From positions 11,802-75,801 of the forward strand of contig JAQWAQ010000002.1 of assembly GCA_028707635.1 (NCBI GenBank): a stretch of 64,000 nt of DNA, read 5' to 3'. The notes beneath the pieces were generated by a model. That model had not been told where the DNA came from and searched no databases. It saw only the letters and a list, made by a program, of their open reading frames with translations. Of this stretch, positions 9,896 through 19,096 are shown piece by piece. How positions within the stretch are numbered: position 1 is the stretch's first letter; every line of letters starts with the position of its first letter. Origin of the DNA: Negativicutes bacterium. GTDB lineage: Bacteria; Bacillota; Negativicutes; JAAYSF01. The translations under genes were made by a program, and so were the position numbers.

Positions 9896-10594
9896 TCACT
9901 CTCGTTCTTCATAATATTGCAGCAGTTCCCCGACCGTCACCAAGGTATAGCCTTCAGCCCGTATACGATCTATAATAACCCCAACTGCGGCAGCTGTCTG
10001 AAGATCATACTGTCCATCGTGCATCAACACAATGCTGCCCGGCTTAATTTTTTTCATGACATGATTTACAATTTGATTTACACCGGGCCGACTCCAGTCA
10101 CGCGTGTCAATCGACCACAGCACCGTCCGATAACCCCGGCGCAAAGCGTCCTGAACAACTCCATCATTGTATCCCCCGCCCGGCGGGCGAAACAGTACCG
10201 GCTTCGGTGCCGCGATCATGATGGACCGTTCTGCTTTTTCAAATTGCTCAGCCCGCTCCTTGGCATTTAGCTTAGAGATGAAAATGTGATTGTAAGCATG
10301 TGAACCGATTTCATGACCATCAGCCACCATTTGGGCAAATAATGCTGGATTCTCATCAACACTCTGACCCAGTACAAACATTGTCGCCTTAACGTCCTTT
10401 TCCCGCAATATCGCCAGCAGCTTAGGCGTCGAATCTGGGTGCGGTCCGTCATCAAAGGTAAGGGCAATTACCTTGTGAGTTGTCGGCACGCTTTTAATTA
10501 AACCATCATTGCCAAGATAGGCCTCAGCCATGATGAGCACGGTAAAAATCAAACTAAACGCAATTCCGAAGTGGCTAAGCCGACGGATTCGCAT
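9896..10594 (-). CDS. Polysaccharide deacetylase (NodB domain; PdaB-like sporulation-type)
   Basis: N-terminal TM, then ...HKVIALTFDDGPHPDSTPKLL...GSHAYNH...: NodB catalytic motifs. Confidence 0.8.
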   Translation of the reverse strand: MRIRRLSHFGIAFSLIFTVLIMAEAYLGNDGLIKSVPTTHKVIALTFDDGPHPDSTPKLLAILREKDVKATMFVLGQSVDENPALFAQMVADGHEIGSHAYNHIFISKLNAKERAEQFEKAERSIMIAAPKPVLFRPPGGGYNDGVVQDALRRGYRTVLWSIDTRDWSRPGVNQIVNHVMKKIKPGSIVLMHDGQYDLQTAAAVGVIIDRIRAEGYTLVTVGELLQYYEERE

Positions 10595-10758
10595 ACCATC
10601 CCTCCTCCATATTTGACAAGCGAAAAAATGAGACTTGTATCAAACTATATCTATATATATTCGGAAAGATAAAGCATCATTCGACACATCAGGCAATATA
10701 AATTTACTAATTGCTTACTTCTGCCCTTAGCGTTGCTTATCAGAGGAGGATAGTTGGA

Positions 10759-11919
10759 ATGCTTGGTAAAACAAAACTTGTCATTATCATTTTTTTTGTC
10801 TGTTTGGGACTGGTTTGCCAACACGCAGCTGCTGCCAGCCCGCCGCAAATAAGCGCCAAGACTGCAATTCTGCTGGACGCCAAAACAGGGCAAATCATCT
10901 ATGATAAGCAAGGCAGTCTGCGCTGCGCTCCAGCCAGCACGACTAAAATTCTGACTGCCATTATTGCCATCGAAAGCGGCCGGTTAGACGAGGTGGTCAC
11001 TGTCAGTGCCCGCGCCGCCGGAACAGGCGGTTCTTCTCTCCAGCTGTACGCAAATCAGAAAATCCCCTTACGCGAATTAGTTACCGGTCTTATGCTTCGC
11101 TCGGGTAATGATGCGGCGGTAGCCATTGCCGAACACTTGGCCGGATCGGTCGATAATTTCGTCCTGCTGATGAATCATACGGCGCAGCAATTGGGTGCCT
11201 ATAACAGTCATTTTCGCAACCCCAACGGGCTTAATGCTCCCGGCCATTTTTCAACAGCTTTTGACTTGGCCTGGATGGCCCGTTATGCCCTGACCAATAA
11301 GGAATTTGCCGATATCGTTAACACCAGAGAAACGACCATAGAATGGCTGGATCACAAAGGCCACAGCCGCGACCGAAATTTACGCAATACCAATAAACTG
11401 TTATGGATGCTCGAAGAGGCCGATGGCGTTAAAACAGGCACAACTGGGGAGGCCGGACCCTGTTTGGTCTCGAGCGCCACCCTCGGCAGCCAGAAACTGA
11501 TCGCCGTCGTCCTCCACGACCACTCCCGCTGGTACGACTCAATGAAACTGTTGAAATACGGCTTTGATAACTTCGATCTGTATGAATACGCTGAGCAAGA
11601 TGCTGTACTAGCCCCACTTGCTGTTGAGAAAGGTACCCAACCGACCCTTGATGCCATTGTGGCCAGTCCAGCTGCCCTTGTCGTCCCAACCGATGATTTT
11701 CAGTATGTCACAGTCGAAGTCGATTTACCGGAAAAAATAAAAGCCCCTGTTTATAAGGGGCAAAAAATTGGTGAAATTGTATTCTTTGTTCGTGAGAAGG
11801 CCGTAAAATCAGTTGACCTTATTGCCGGTCAAGAAGTCCCCGAAAAAACAGCCACGCGGATTTTTTTCGCGCACCTGCTTGAAACCTTCCGCTGGTTGTC
11901 AGGTTGGGGTGTATTGTAA
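10759..11919 (+). CDS. D-alanyl-D-alanine carboxypeptidase (PBP5/DacB/DacF family) with signal peptide
   Basis: SxxK (ASTTK), SGN (LRSGND) and KTG (VKTGTT) motifs. ATG at 10759 after GAGGAGGA. Confidence 0.8.
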   Translation: MLGKTKLVIIIFFVCLGLVCQHAAAASPPQISAKTAILLDAKTGQIIYDKQGSLRCAPASTTKILTAIIAIESGRLDEVVTVSARAAGTGGSSLQLYANQKIPLRELVTGLMLRSGNDAAVAIAEHLAGSVDNFVLLMNHTAQQLGAYNSHFRNPNGLNAPGHFSTAFDLAWMARYALTNKEFADIVNTRETTIEWLDHKGHSRDRNLRNTNKLLWMLEEADGVKTGTTGEAGPCLVSSATLGSQKLIAVVLHDHSRWYDSMKLLKYGFDNFDLYEYAEQDAVLAPLAVEKGTQPTLDAIVASPAALVVPTDDFQYVTVEVDLPEKIKAPVYKGQKIGEIVFFVREKAVKSVDLIAGQEVPEKTATRIFFAHLLETFRWLSGWGVL

Positions 11920-11938
11920 AAGGGGAAAACATCTCCTA

Positions 11939-12718
11939 TTACCTTGGTTTTCGATAAAAGAATGGTAGATAATGCTCAAATCCAATATCGCGAAAGTTTA
12001 AAATAGCCTCGGTGCCGCCCACAAACAAAACGCCACCCGGTTTGAGTGCTGCCAGAAACCGGCGATACAGCGCATCTTTTGCTTCTTCGGTAAAGTAAAT
12101 GACAACATTGCGACACAGGATGAGGTCAAAGCCTGTTTCAAAGGCATCTAAGAGCAAATTATGTTTTTTAAACTCCACCAGTCCCTTAATATCATTGCTG
12201 ACAGAATAGTTAGTTCCTTCGAGTTTAAAATATTTTGACTGTCTGGCATTAGAAATATTTTTATATTCGGTTGTCGTATAAACTGCCTTACGCGCTTTTT
12301 CCAGCATCTCGACGTCAAGGTCGGTCGCCAAAATCCGATGCTTTGTTCCAGGTGTCATATCTTTTAGAATCATGGCCAGAGAATACGGCTCTGCTCCAAT
12401 CGAGCAGCCGGCACTCCAAATATTAAGTCTTGCATTTTTAGCTAGAAGATCAGGCAGCACTTTTGTTTCCAGTTCGGCAAATTTCTCAGGTGTGCGAAAA
12501 AATTCAGTCACATTAATCGTTAGGTAATCAACGAATTCTTTATACAGCTTAGGATTAGTATTGAGCATATTGAAAAACTCCAGGTAGCCGCCAGCCCCTT
12601 GGCGATTCATGAAATTCCCAATTCGGCGCTGCATCTGGGTAGGTTTATAATCATTAAGATTAATATTGGATTTAGAATTAAACTTCTGTTTGAAAGTTTC
12701 CCAGTCTTGTGTACTCAA
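11939..12718 (-). CDS. cheR: Chemotaxis protein methyltransferase CheR
   Basis: 259 aa with SAM-binding ...NIWSAGCSIGAEPYSLAMIL... and a CheR C-terminal domain. Confidence 0.85.
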   Translation of the reverse strand: MSTQDWETFKQKFNSKSNINLNDYKPTQMQRRIGNFMNRQGAGGYLEFFNMLNTNPKLYKEFVDYLTINVTEFFRTPEKFAELETKVLPDLLAKNARLNIWSAGCSIGAEPYSLAMILKDMTPGTKHRILATDLDVEMLEKARKAVYTTTEYKNISNARQSKYFKLEGTNYSVSNDIKGLVEFKKHNLLLDAFETGFDLILCRNVVIYFTEEAKDALYRRFLAALKPGGVLFVGGTEAILNFRDIGFEHYLPFFYRKPR

Positions 12719-12912
12719 TCTATACCCTCCACCTAGTTATTTACGCCCCGAATCTGCGATTTAAGGCTCTATCTGCTACTATACTTCGACATACATAAAG
12801 TTTCTCCTATGCTAATAAGACAAATATGCATTAGATGGTTATACAAAGGAAGGGGACTGTCACACTAGAAATAGTGCGGCGGCCCCCTTCTTCTGCTATT
12901 CGATTTGACCTA

Positions 12913-14025
12913 TTATTCCGAAACATAATGCCGCGGTACGCGTTTACCAACAAGGCAAATAACCTCATAGTTGATTGTGCCAAGCTTATCAGCAATCTCC
13001 TCAGCCGGTAATTCAGCTCCGCCAAATAGTAACGCAACATCCCCCTGACTCACTCCAGGAATATTGGTTACATCAACCATGCATTGATCCATACAAACAC
13101 TGCCAACCACTGGCGCTCGTTGACCGCGAATCAGCACACTGGCTTTACCTGACAATTGCCGCAGCCAGCCATCAGCGTAACCGACTGGCAAGGTGGCAAT
13201 CCGACTTGCTTTTTGGGTATAAAAATTTTGGCCATAGCTTACCGAAGCATTTGCAGGAACATCTTTCACCAAGCTCACCTTGGCTTTAAACTTCATTGCT
13301 GGCTTAAGATCAAGTTTTTTATCTACTTCATTAGACGGCCAAAGGCCGTACATAATAATCCCCGGCCTCACCATATCAAGATGAGTCTCAGGCAGATCAA
13401 GCGTCGCAGCACTGTTGGCTATGTGCTTGATAGGAATTTGTATCCCTTTTGCCTCAATCATCGCCAAAGCCTCTTTAAATCTACCAAACTGCTCCAGTAC
13501 ATAGGCTTTATCCTGACTATCGGCAGTAGCAAAGTGTGAATAAACCCCTTCCAGCTCGATTCCCGGCAGCTTGGCAACAGCTTCTGCAAAGTCACCGGCG
13601 TCTTCAGGGCGAATCCCAATACGGTTCATACCGGTATCAATCTTTAGATGGATCTTGGCTTTCTGACCAACAGCCACGGCTGCGTTGGATATCGCCTCGG
13701 CAACATCATAATTAAATACTGTCTGGGTGACATTATTATCAACAATTTGAGCAGCCTGACGCGGCGGGGTATACCCAAGTACAAGAATGGGGATTGTAAA
13801 ACCTTCCCGCCTAAGATCGATGGCCTCATTTAAAATGGCAACCCCCAAATAGTCGGCTCCAGCGTTCATCACTGTCCTAACAACCGCAGAAGTACCATGT
13901 CCATAAGCATCTGCTTTAATAACAGCACAAATCTTGGTTGATGGTTTTATATATTGTCTAATTCTCCTTACGTTATGAGCAATCGCGGCAAGATTTATTT
14001 CCGCCCATACGGGACGTTCAAACAT
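12913..14025 (-). CDS. alr: Alanine racemase
   Basis: 370 aa with the PLP-lysine motif AVIKADAYGHG and Alr C-terminal domain. Confidence 0.9.
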   Translation of the reverse strand: MFERPVWAEINLAAIAHNVRRIRQYIKPSTKICAVIKADAYGHGTSAVVRTVMNAGADYLGVAILNEAIDLRREGFTIPILVLGYTPPRQAAQIVDNNVTQTVFNYDVAEAISNAAVAVGQKAKIHLKIDTGMNRIGIRPEDAGDFAEAVAKLPGIELEGVYSHFATADSQDKAYVLEQFGRFKEALAMIEAKGIQIPIKHIANSAATLDLPETHLDMVRPGIIMYGLWPSNEVDKKLDLKPAMKFKAKVSLVKDVPANASVSYGQNFYTQKASRIATLPVGYADGWLRQLSGKASVLIRGQRAPVVGSVCMDQCMVDVTNIPGVSQGDVALLFGGAELPAEEIADKLGTINYEVICLVGKRVPRHYVSE

Positions 14026-15232
14026 GCTCTATTCCCCCTAGCAAACCTGGCTTATGACCAAAATCATTCCAGGCAGCAACCCTTTGTTCGGCATCGACTT
14101 GCCCAATCTGGCCGTCGATGAGCACCCATTCCGGCTTGGCAGCCAGCAGCAGCGGGTGCTCACTCCAAACAACTAAATCGGCATCTTTGCCTGGCTCGAT
14201 ACTGCCGATGCGATCTTGCAGTCCTAATATCTTGGCGGCATTTATAGTAATTGCCTTCAAGGCATCCTCTTCCGGCAGACCAAACCGCGCCGCAATCCCG
14301 GCATAGACCGGCAGAAACTTGCTTGGTACAACAGGATGGTCGCTCATAAGCGCAAAAAGCACCCCATGTTCGGCCAAAAGGGCTGGTGCCCGCCATGAGG
14401 ATTCTTTGAGTTCTAATTTAGCCTTAGTAATCATGAGCGGCCCCAATACAACACGCGCCTGATGCTCAGCCAGTACATCAGCGATAAGATGCCCCTCGGT
14501 CGCATGTTCAATAATGATATCAAGATCAAATTCAGTCGCGATCCTAAGAGCGGTAGAAATATCATCAGCGCGATGAGCGTGGGCGCGAATCGGCATTTCC
14601 CGCCGTAATACCCGGACGATTGCTTCCATCGCATAATCGAACTTGTGATCTTTACTATCAACCTTCGCAAGATATTCTCGGCCTTTTTGCAGCGTTTCTC
14701 TGATAAGAGCGGCTGTCGCCATACGAGTTACCGGCATTTTTTTCTTGTCACCATAGGCCCGGCGCGGGTTTTCACCAAATGCGACTTTAAGCCCGGCGTA
14801 CCTTTTGACAATCATCTGTTCAACACAGGAACGCGGCCGGGTTTTAATGATCATGCACTGCCCGCCGATTGGATTAGCACTACCTGGCGCCACCATGACC
14901 GTCGTTATCCCACCGCCTACCGCTTCGGCCAGACCGACATCAGCCGGATTGAGGGCGTCAATCACATCAAGGGCCGGTGTAACCGGATCACTGATTTCAT
15001 TGACATCTTCGCCCGACCAGTCCAAAGATTCAGCGTAAACACCGAGATGAGTATGCGCATCAATAAGGCCTGGCGTTACAACCTTGCCGGCAACATCAAT
15101 ATGTTTACAGTCGTCAGGAAGCTTTATCCCTGCCCCTACGGCTATTATTTTTCCATCATCAATCAGAATAGTGCCGCCCTTAAGTGATTGACCGCACATT
15201 GTAAAAATTGTTCCACCAGTTAAAGCAATCAT
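14018..15232 (-). CDS. Amidohydrolase family protein (metal-dependent hydrolase, TIM-barrel)
   Basis: ...VVTPGLIDAHTHLG... metal-binding motif. ATG at 15232 with AAAGGGGA RBS preferred over the ORF-track start at 15262. Its stop overlaps the alr start by 8 nt. Confidence 0.65.
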   Translation of the reverse strand: MIALTGGTIFTMCGQSLKGGTILIDDGKIIAVGAGIKLPDDCKHIDVAGKVVTPGLIDAHTHLGVYAESLDWSGEDVNEISDPVTPALDVIDALNPADVGLAEAVGGGITTVMVAPGSANPIGGQCMIIKTRPRSCVEQMIVKRYAGLKVAFGENPRRAYGDKKKMPVTRMATAALIRETLQKGREYLAKVDSKDHKFDYAMEAIVRVLRREMPIRAHAHRADDISTALRIATEFDLDIIIEHATEGHLIADVLAEHQARVVLGPLMITKAKLELKESSWRAPALLAEHGVLFALMSDHPVVPSKFLPVYAGIAARFGLPEEDALKAITINAAKILGLQDRIGSIEPGKDADLVVWSEHPLLLAAKPEWVLIDGQIGQVDAEQRVAAWNDFGHKPGLLGGIEHV

Positions 15233-15280
15233 GTTTGAATCCCCTTTGTAATTAGCCTGCAATATTGTTCGGTAACAAAC

Positions 15281-15439
15281 TTACTTCACCTTTTCATAAG
15301 CAACAATCAACTCGTCCAGTTGAGCACTCAATTGAGCGACTTCGTGATCAACGAAATTACCTTTTTTATCAATAACAAGTTGATGCAGCTTTTCGCGCAA
15401 CTCCTCAATTTGTACTTTTAGGCTGTTTACATCTGCCAT
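15281..15439 (-). CDS. Spo0E-like sporulation regulatory protein (52 aa)
   Basis: MADVNSLKVQIEELREKLHQLVIDKKGNFVDHEVAQLSAQLDELIVAYEKVK, a Spo0E-family helix-hairpin pattern. ATG at 15439 preceded by AGGAGTAGTGAAA; overlaps the 3' end of hypB by 35 nt. Confidence 0.55.
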   Translation of the reverse strand: MADVNSLKVQIEELREKLHQLVIDKKGNFVDHEVAQLSAQLDELIVAYEKVK

Positions 15440-16106
15440 TTTCACTACTCCTGTTTTGCTTTTTTTTAACTTGTGTTTTAAGCCAATGATACCATTCATC
15501 AAGCCCCTGCCCGGTGCGGCATGAAGCAGTGACCAGAGTTGCTTCGGGATTAATTCCTTTAATATCGTGCATCGCAGCATCTAAATCAAAATCTGTATAA
15601 GGCAGCAAATCAATTTTGTTGATTAAAACAGCTTGTGACTTACGAAAAACCAGTGGATACTTTAAAGGCTTGTCTTCCCCTTCAGTAACGCTTAGTACTG
15701 TTGCTTTGGCATCTTCGCCGATTTCAAATTCCGCCGGACAAACCAGGTTACCAACATTCTCAATGATGATCATATCCAAAGATGATAAATCTAAACCACT
15801 GATCACACTATTAATCATACCTGCATCAAGATGACACCCACCGGCAGTATTAATCTGAATAACAGGTACACCCTGACGCTCAATGCGCTCAGCATCTTTG
15901 CTTGTAAATAAATCCCCCTCAATAACGGCCAGCCTGATATCAGCTTTAAGCGCCGCAATTGTTTTTTCCAGCAGGGTGGTCTTGCCACAGCCAGGTGAAC
16001 CAAGCAGATTAAGAACGAAAATCCCCTGTGAAGATAATTTTTGATTTACAGTGTGGGCAAGCTGGTCATTGGCATCCAGAATATCCGTCATTACCTTAAC
16101 TTCCAT
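15405..16106 (-). CDS. hypB: Hydrogenase nickel incorporation GTPase HypB
   Basis: P-loop GSPGCGKTTLLEK plus CH motifs; start overlaps the hypA stop. Confidence 0.85.
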   Translation of the reverse strand: MEVKVMTDILDANDQLAHTVNQKLSSQGIFVLNLLGSPGCGKTTLLEKTIAALKADIRLAVIEGDLFTSKDAERIERQGVPVIQINTAGGCHLDAGMINSVISGLDLSSLDMIIIENVGNLVCPAEFEIGEDAKATVLSVTEGEDKPLKYPLVFRKSQAVLINKIDLLPYTDFDLDAAMHDIKGINPEATLVTASCRTGQGLDEWYHWLKTQVKKKQNRSSENGRCKQPKSTN

Positions 16107-16447
16107 TACTCTACCTCCAAATGTTCCACAGTAAGTTCGCGACCCGAAATAATCTCAACTGAAGCTGATTGACACTCCGGGCAGATAAAATAGTAACCCG
16201 ACACAGAAAATTCCTTGCCGCAGTCACGACACAATCCGATCAGCGGTTTTATCTCAATCTCTACATTGGCTCCCTCAGCAATCGAACCGACTGCCAAGGC
16301 CTCAAAACAAAACAAAAGCGAATCAGGTTCTACATGCGTCATTTTACCGACTTGCAGTTTAATTCGCCCAATTTTAACAGCGCCATGCTGAGCGGCCGTT
16401 TTCAGTGCAACATCTAAAATGCCTTGCGCAAGCGCCATTTCATGCAT
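16106..16447 (-). CDS. hypA: Hydrogenase nickel insertion protein HypA
   Basis: 113 aa starting MHEMALAQ, with zinc CxxC...CxxC (CRDCG...CPEC). Confidence 0.85.
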   Translation of the reverse strand: MHEMALAQGILDVALKTAAQHGAVKIGRIKLQVGKMTHVEPDSLLFCFEALAVGSIAEGANVEIEIKPLIGLCRDCGKEFSVSGYYFICPECQSASVEIISGRELTVEHLEVE

Positions 16448-16637
16448 AAATTCACTTCCATAAGTTTCATATTATATAGAGTCATTCTCTTTTTATTGGA
16501 TTTTCCCTTTTAATTTCCATTTACAACTTTCCGCTTTCCTTGGCTTTGCATCTGGAACTATTTTACATAACTCATACGCATAGTTCGATAGCGTTTGGCT
16601 GATAATATTATTACAATCAAAAGGAGGTGATTTATGA

Positions 16638-16907
16638 ATGGCTAGAAGCAGAAAACCTGTTAATCCACAATCTGAAAACGCTCTTGATCGCATGAAATTT
16701 GAAGTGGCCTCCGAATTAGGCATTGCTGAAACCGTCCGCCAAAGCGGTTGGTCAACAATGACTTCTGCGGATTGCGGTCGTGTAGGCGGCCAGATGGTTC
16801 GCCGCATGATAGAGCAGTATGAATCAGGTATGGGTGGCACTACAACAACAAATGCAACCACTGGCAGCACAATGACTGCCCAAATGGATGCCAACAACAA
16901 ACCTTAA
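16638..16907 (+). CDS. Small acid-soluble spore protein, alpha/beta type
   Basis: MARSRKPVNPQSENALDRMKFEVASELGI... SASP signature. RBS AAGGAGGTGA; a terminator follows. Confidence 0.85.
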   Translation: MARSRKPVNPQSENALDRMKFEVASELGIAETVRQSGWSTMTSADCGRVGGQMVRRMIEQYESGMGGTTTTNATTGSTMTAQMDANNKP

Positions 16908-16913
16908 TGTTTC

Positions 16914-16943
16914 AGGCGGCTAAATGCCGCCTTTATTTATTTC
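16914..16943 (+). terminator. Intrinsic terminator after the SASP gene
   Basis: AGGCGGCTAAATGCCGCCT hairpin plus TTATTTATTTC. Confidence 0.7.
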
Positions 16944-16957
16944 ATTCCCAGTATCTG

Positions 16958-18934
16958 CTAGCGAGCCTGAAAATATACCCGAACTTCGCTCGCTACATCC
17001 ACAACGGTATTCGGTTGAATACTTTGACTGGCTGCTATCCCCGATCCTTCGGGAATCATCCCCAGACCGGCCTTGGAAAGAAGCTCTCCGGCCTGGCGCA
17101 AGGTTTTACCGCGCAAGTCAGGTACAATGACCTTACCGGCCGGGACAGGTTTCGTCGGCGGCGCAACAACTGGTGCTGCCGTTTTATAAGTGGGCTTAGG
17201 AAGAATTGGCTGCGCTTCTAGGGGATGAACATTAAGATAGCGTAATACCTTGGCAAAAATTTCACCAGCTACCGGAGCCGCAATTTCCCCCCCATAATAG
17301 GCACCGTTGGGGTCATCGAGAACGACCAGCACCACAATTTGTGGGTTTTCAACAGGCGCGAAACCAACGAACGAGGCAATATAGCGACCGGCATAATAGC
17401 CTCTGCCATCTTCACGTGGTTTTTCAGCAGTTCCCGTCTTACCAGCAATCCGGTAGCCTTTAACTGCTGCCCGCTTGGCGCCTCCCTCACTGACTACCTT
17501 TTCTAGCATTTCAGTCAGGGTTCTAGAGGTATCAAGACTAATTACTTGTCGTACAACCTGGGTTGAAGACGCGCTATAAATTGAACCGTCTTCGTTCTGG
17601 ATTTCCTTAATAATGTGCGGCCTAAGCAATACGCCGTCATTGGCAATCGCGGCCATGGCCGTTGCCAGTTGCAGCGGGGTCACGGCAATACTTTGCCCGA
17701 TTGACATTGTCGCCAAGTCAGATTCACGCATATTTTCGGGCTTAAACAAAATCCCTAACCCCTCGCCCGGTAATTCAATATTAGTTGCCTCCCCAAAGCC
17801 AAAGGCCCGGGTATAATTGGTCAGGCGAGTCGCACCTAAGCGCATGCTTAAGTGGACAAAGCCGGTATTAATTGAATTCTTCATAACATCAATAAAAGTA
17901 ACACTGCCGTAACTATCCCCGCTCCAGTTCTTTATTCGGCGGCCTGATACCTCAACATAACCGGTGTCCACAAATCTATCATTAGGCTGAACAAGCCCTT
18001 CCTGCAAAGCCGCAGCCGCAACAATACTTTTGAAGGTTGAACCAGGTTCATATAGACTGGCTACAGCACGATTTCTCCAGTTATCTGAACTGTATTTATA
18101 AAAACTATTAGGATTAAAGGTCGGCCTATTGGCCATCGCCAGAACATCCCCTGTACGAGGATTCATGACAATAACGGTTGCCCCTGCAGACCGGGTACTG
18201 GTCATAGCCTTGTCCAAACAGTCCTCAACAATAAACTGAATGGTGGCATCTAAGGTTAAATAGACATTTTTCCCTTGTTTCGGCGGAGCAAAAGTAAAAA
18301 CAGACTGAAATATGGGAATGCCCCGACTGTCAGTATCAACAACATGCTTAGCTAAACTCCCCTTGATCGTTCCGTCCAGGGCCATCTCAAGACCATCTAG
18401 CCCGACATCGTCTGTCCCGACAAAACCCAATACCTGAGCTGCTAATGTTTCATTCGGATAATAACGCTTGCTTTCCTCAATAAAAGCAAACCCTTTTAGG
18501 CTGTGATCCTTAATAATCGCGGCAATTTTATCTGAAACGTCTGGGTCAAGCGTTCGTTTAATCCAAACAAACCGGCCGTCTTCAACAAGCTTTTTTTGTA
18601 TCTCACTTGCCTCCATAGTAAGAACAGGAGCCAAGAGATTAGCAATTTCACTAGAATCCCGTTGGTTCGTTTTCGCCTCTTCCGGATCCACGTACAAAGA
18701 CTTTGCCAGAAAGCTTACGGCCATTTCCCGGCCATTACGGTCGAAAATTGTTCCACGCGGCGACAAAAGCCCCCGTTGGTCCTGGACCTGTCCCCGGGCC
18801 TTTTCCGATAACTGCTCCCCCTGTACAAATTGAATCCAGGCTAAGCGTCCCGCCAGCATAAATACTGCCACGATAACGATTGTAATAAATATGGCAATTC
18901 GTTTGCGCAAACCTTTGCCTGTTGCTCCCGTCAT
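16958..18934 (-). CDS. spoVD: Class B penicillin-binding protein with C-terminal PASTA domain (SpoVD / PBP2B-like)
   Basis: 658 aa with N-terminal TM, transpeptidase SxxK/SxN/KTG motifs and a single PASTA (...VPDLRGKTLRQAGELLSKAGL...). Confidence 0.75.
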   Translation of the reverse strand: MTGATGKGLRKRIAIFITIVIVAVFMLAGRLAWIQFVQGEQLSEKARGQVQDQRGLLSPRGTIFDRNGREMAVSFLAKSLYVDPEEAKTNQRDSSEIANLLAPVLTMEASEIQKKLVEDGRFVWIKRTLDPDVSDKIAAIIKDHSLKGFAFIEESKRYYPNETLAAQVLGFVGTDDVGLDGLEMALDGTIKGSLAKHVVDTDSRGIPIFQSVFTFAPPKQGKNVYLTLDATIQFIVEDCLDKAMTSTRSAGATVIVMNPRTGDVLAMANRPTFNPNSFYKYSSDNWRNRAVASLYEPGSTFKSIVAAAALQEGLVQPNDRFVDTGYVEVSGRRIKNWSGDSYGSVTFIDVMKNSINTGFVHLSMRLGATRLTNYTRAFGFGEATNIELPGEGLGILFKPENMRESDLATMSIGQSIAVTPLQLATAMAAIANDGVLLRPHIIKEIQNEDGSIYSASSTQVVRQVISLDTSRTLTEMLEKVVSEGGAKRAAVKGYRIAGKTGTAEKPREDGRGYYAGRYIASFVGFAPVENPQIVVLVVLDDPNGAYYGGEIAAPVAGEIFAKVLRYLNVHPLEAQPILPKPTYKTAAPVVAPPTKPVPAGKVIVPDLRGKTLRQAGELLSKAGLGMIPEGSGIAASQSIQPNTVVDVASEVRVYFQAR

Positions 18935-19028
18935 ATAATACGCAACCTTTCACTCTGAACTGTTTCTGTAACTATAATTCGCGCCAATAGAGTGTATCCC
19001 TGCTTTCACATAGTCCACAACGACTCGA

Positions 19029-19067
19029 TAAAGTGAGACTTGATTCAGATGGAGTTTTAACTCCACC
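19029..19067 (+). repeat. Copy A of a conserved intergenic 21-nt motif AAAGTGAGACTTGATTCAGAT (+ AACTCCAC)
   Basis: Near-identical to copies at 23027-23047 (reverse orientation) and 44511-44538. Confidence 0.6.
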
Positions 19068-19096
19068 TGGATCCTAGTCGAACCGTATCCAGGGAC

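Noticed and set aside
10629-10644. Fourth, weaker copy of the repeated motif (TGAGACTTGTATCAAA)
   Set aside because: Shares only a 9-mer core. One chance 9-mer match is expected in 64 kb, so it is reported only as a note within the motif finding.
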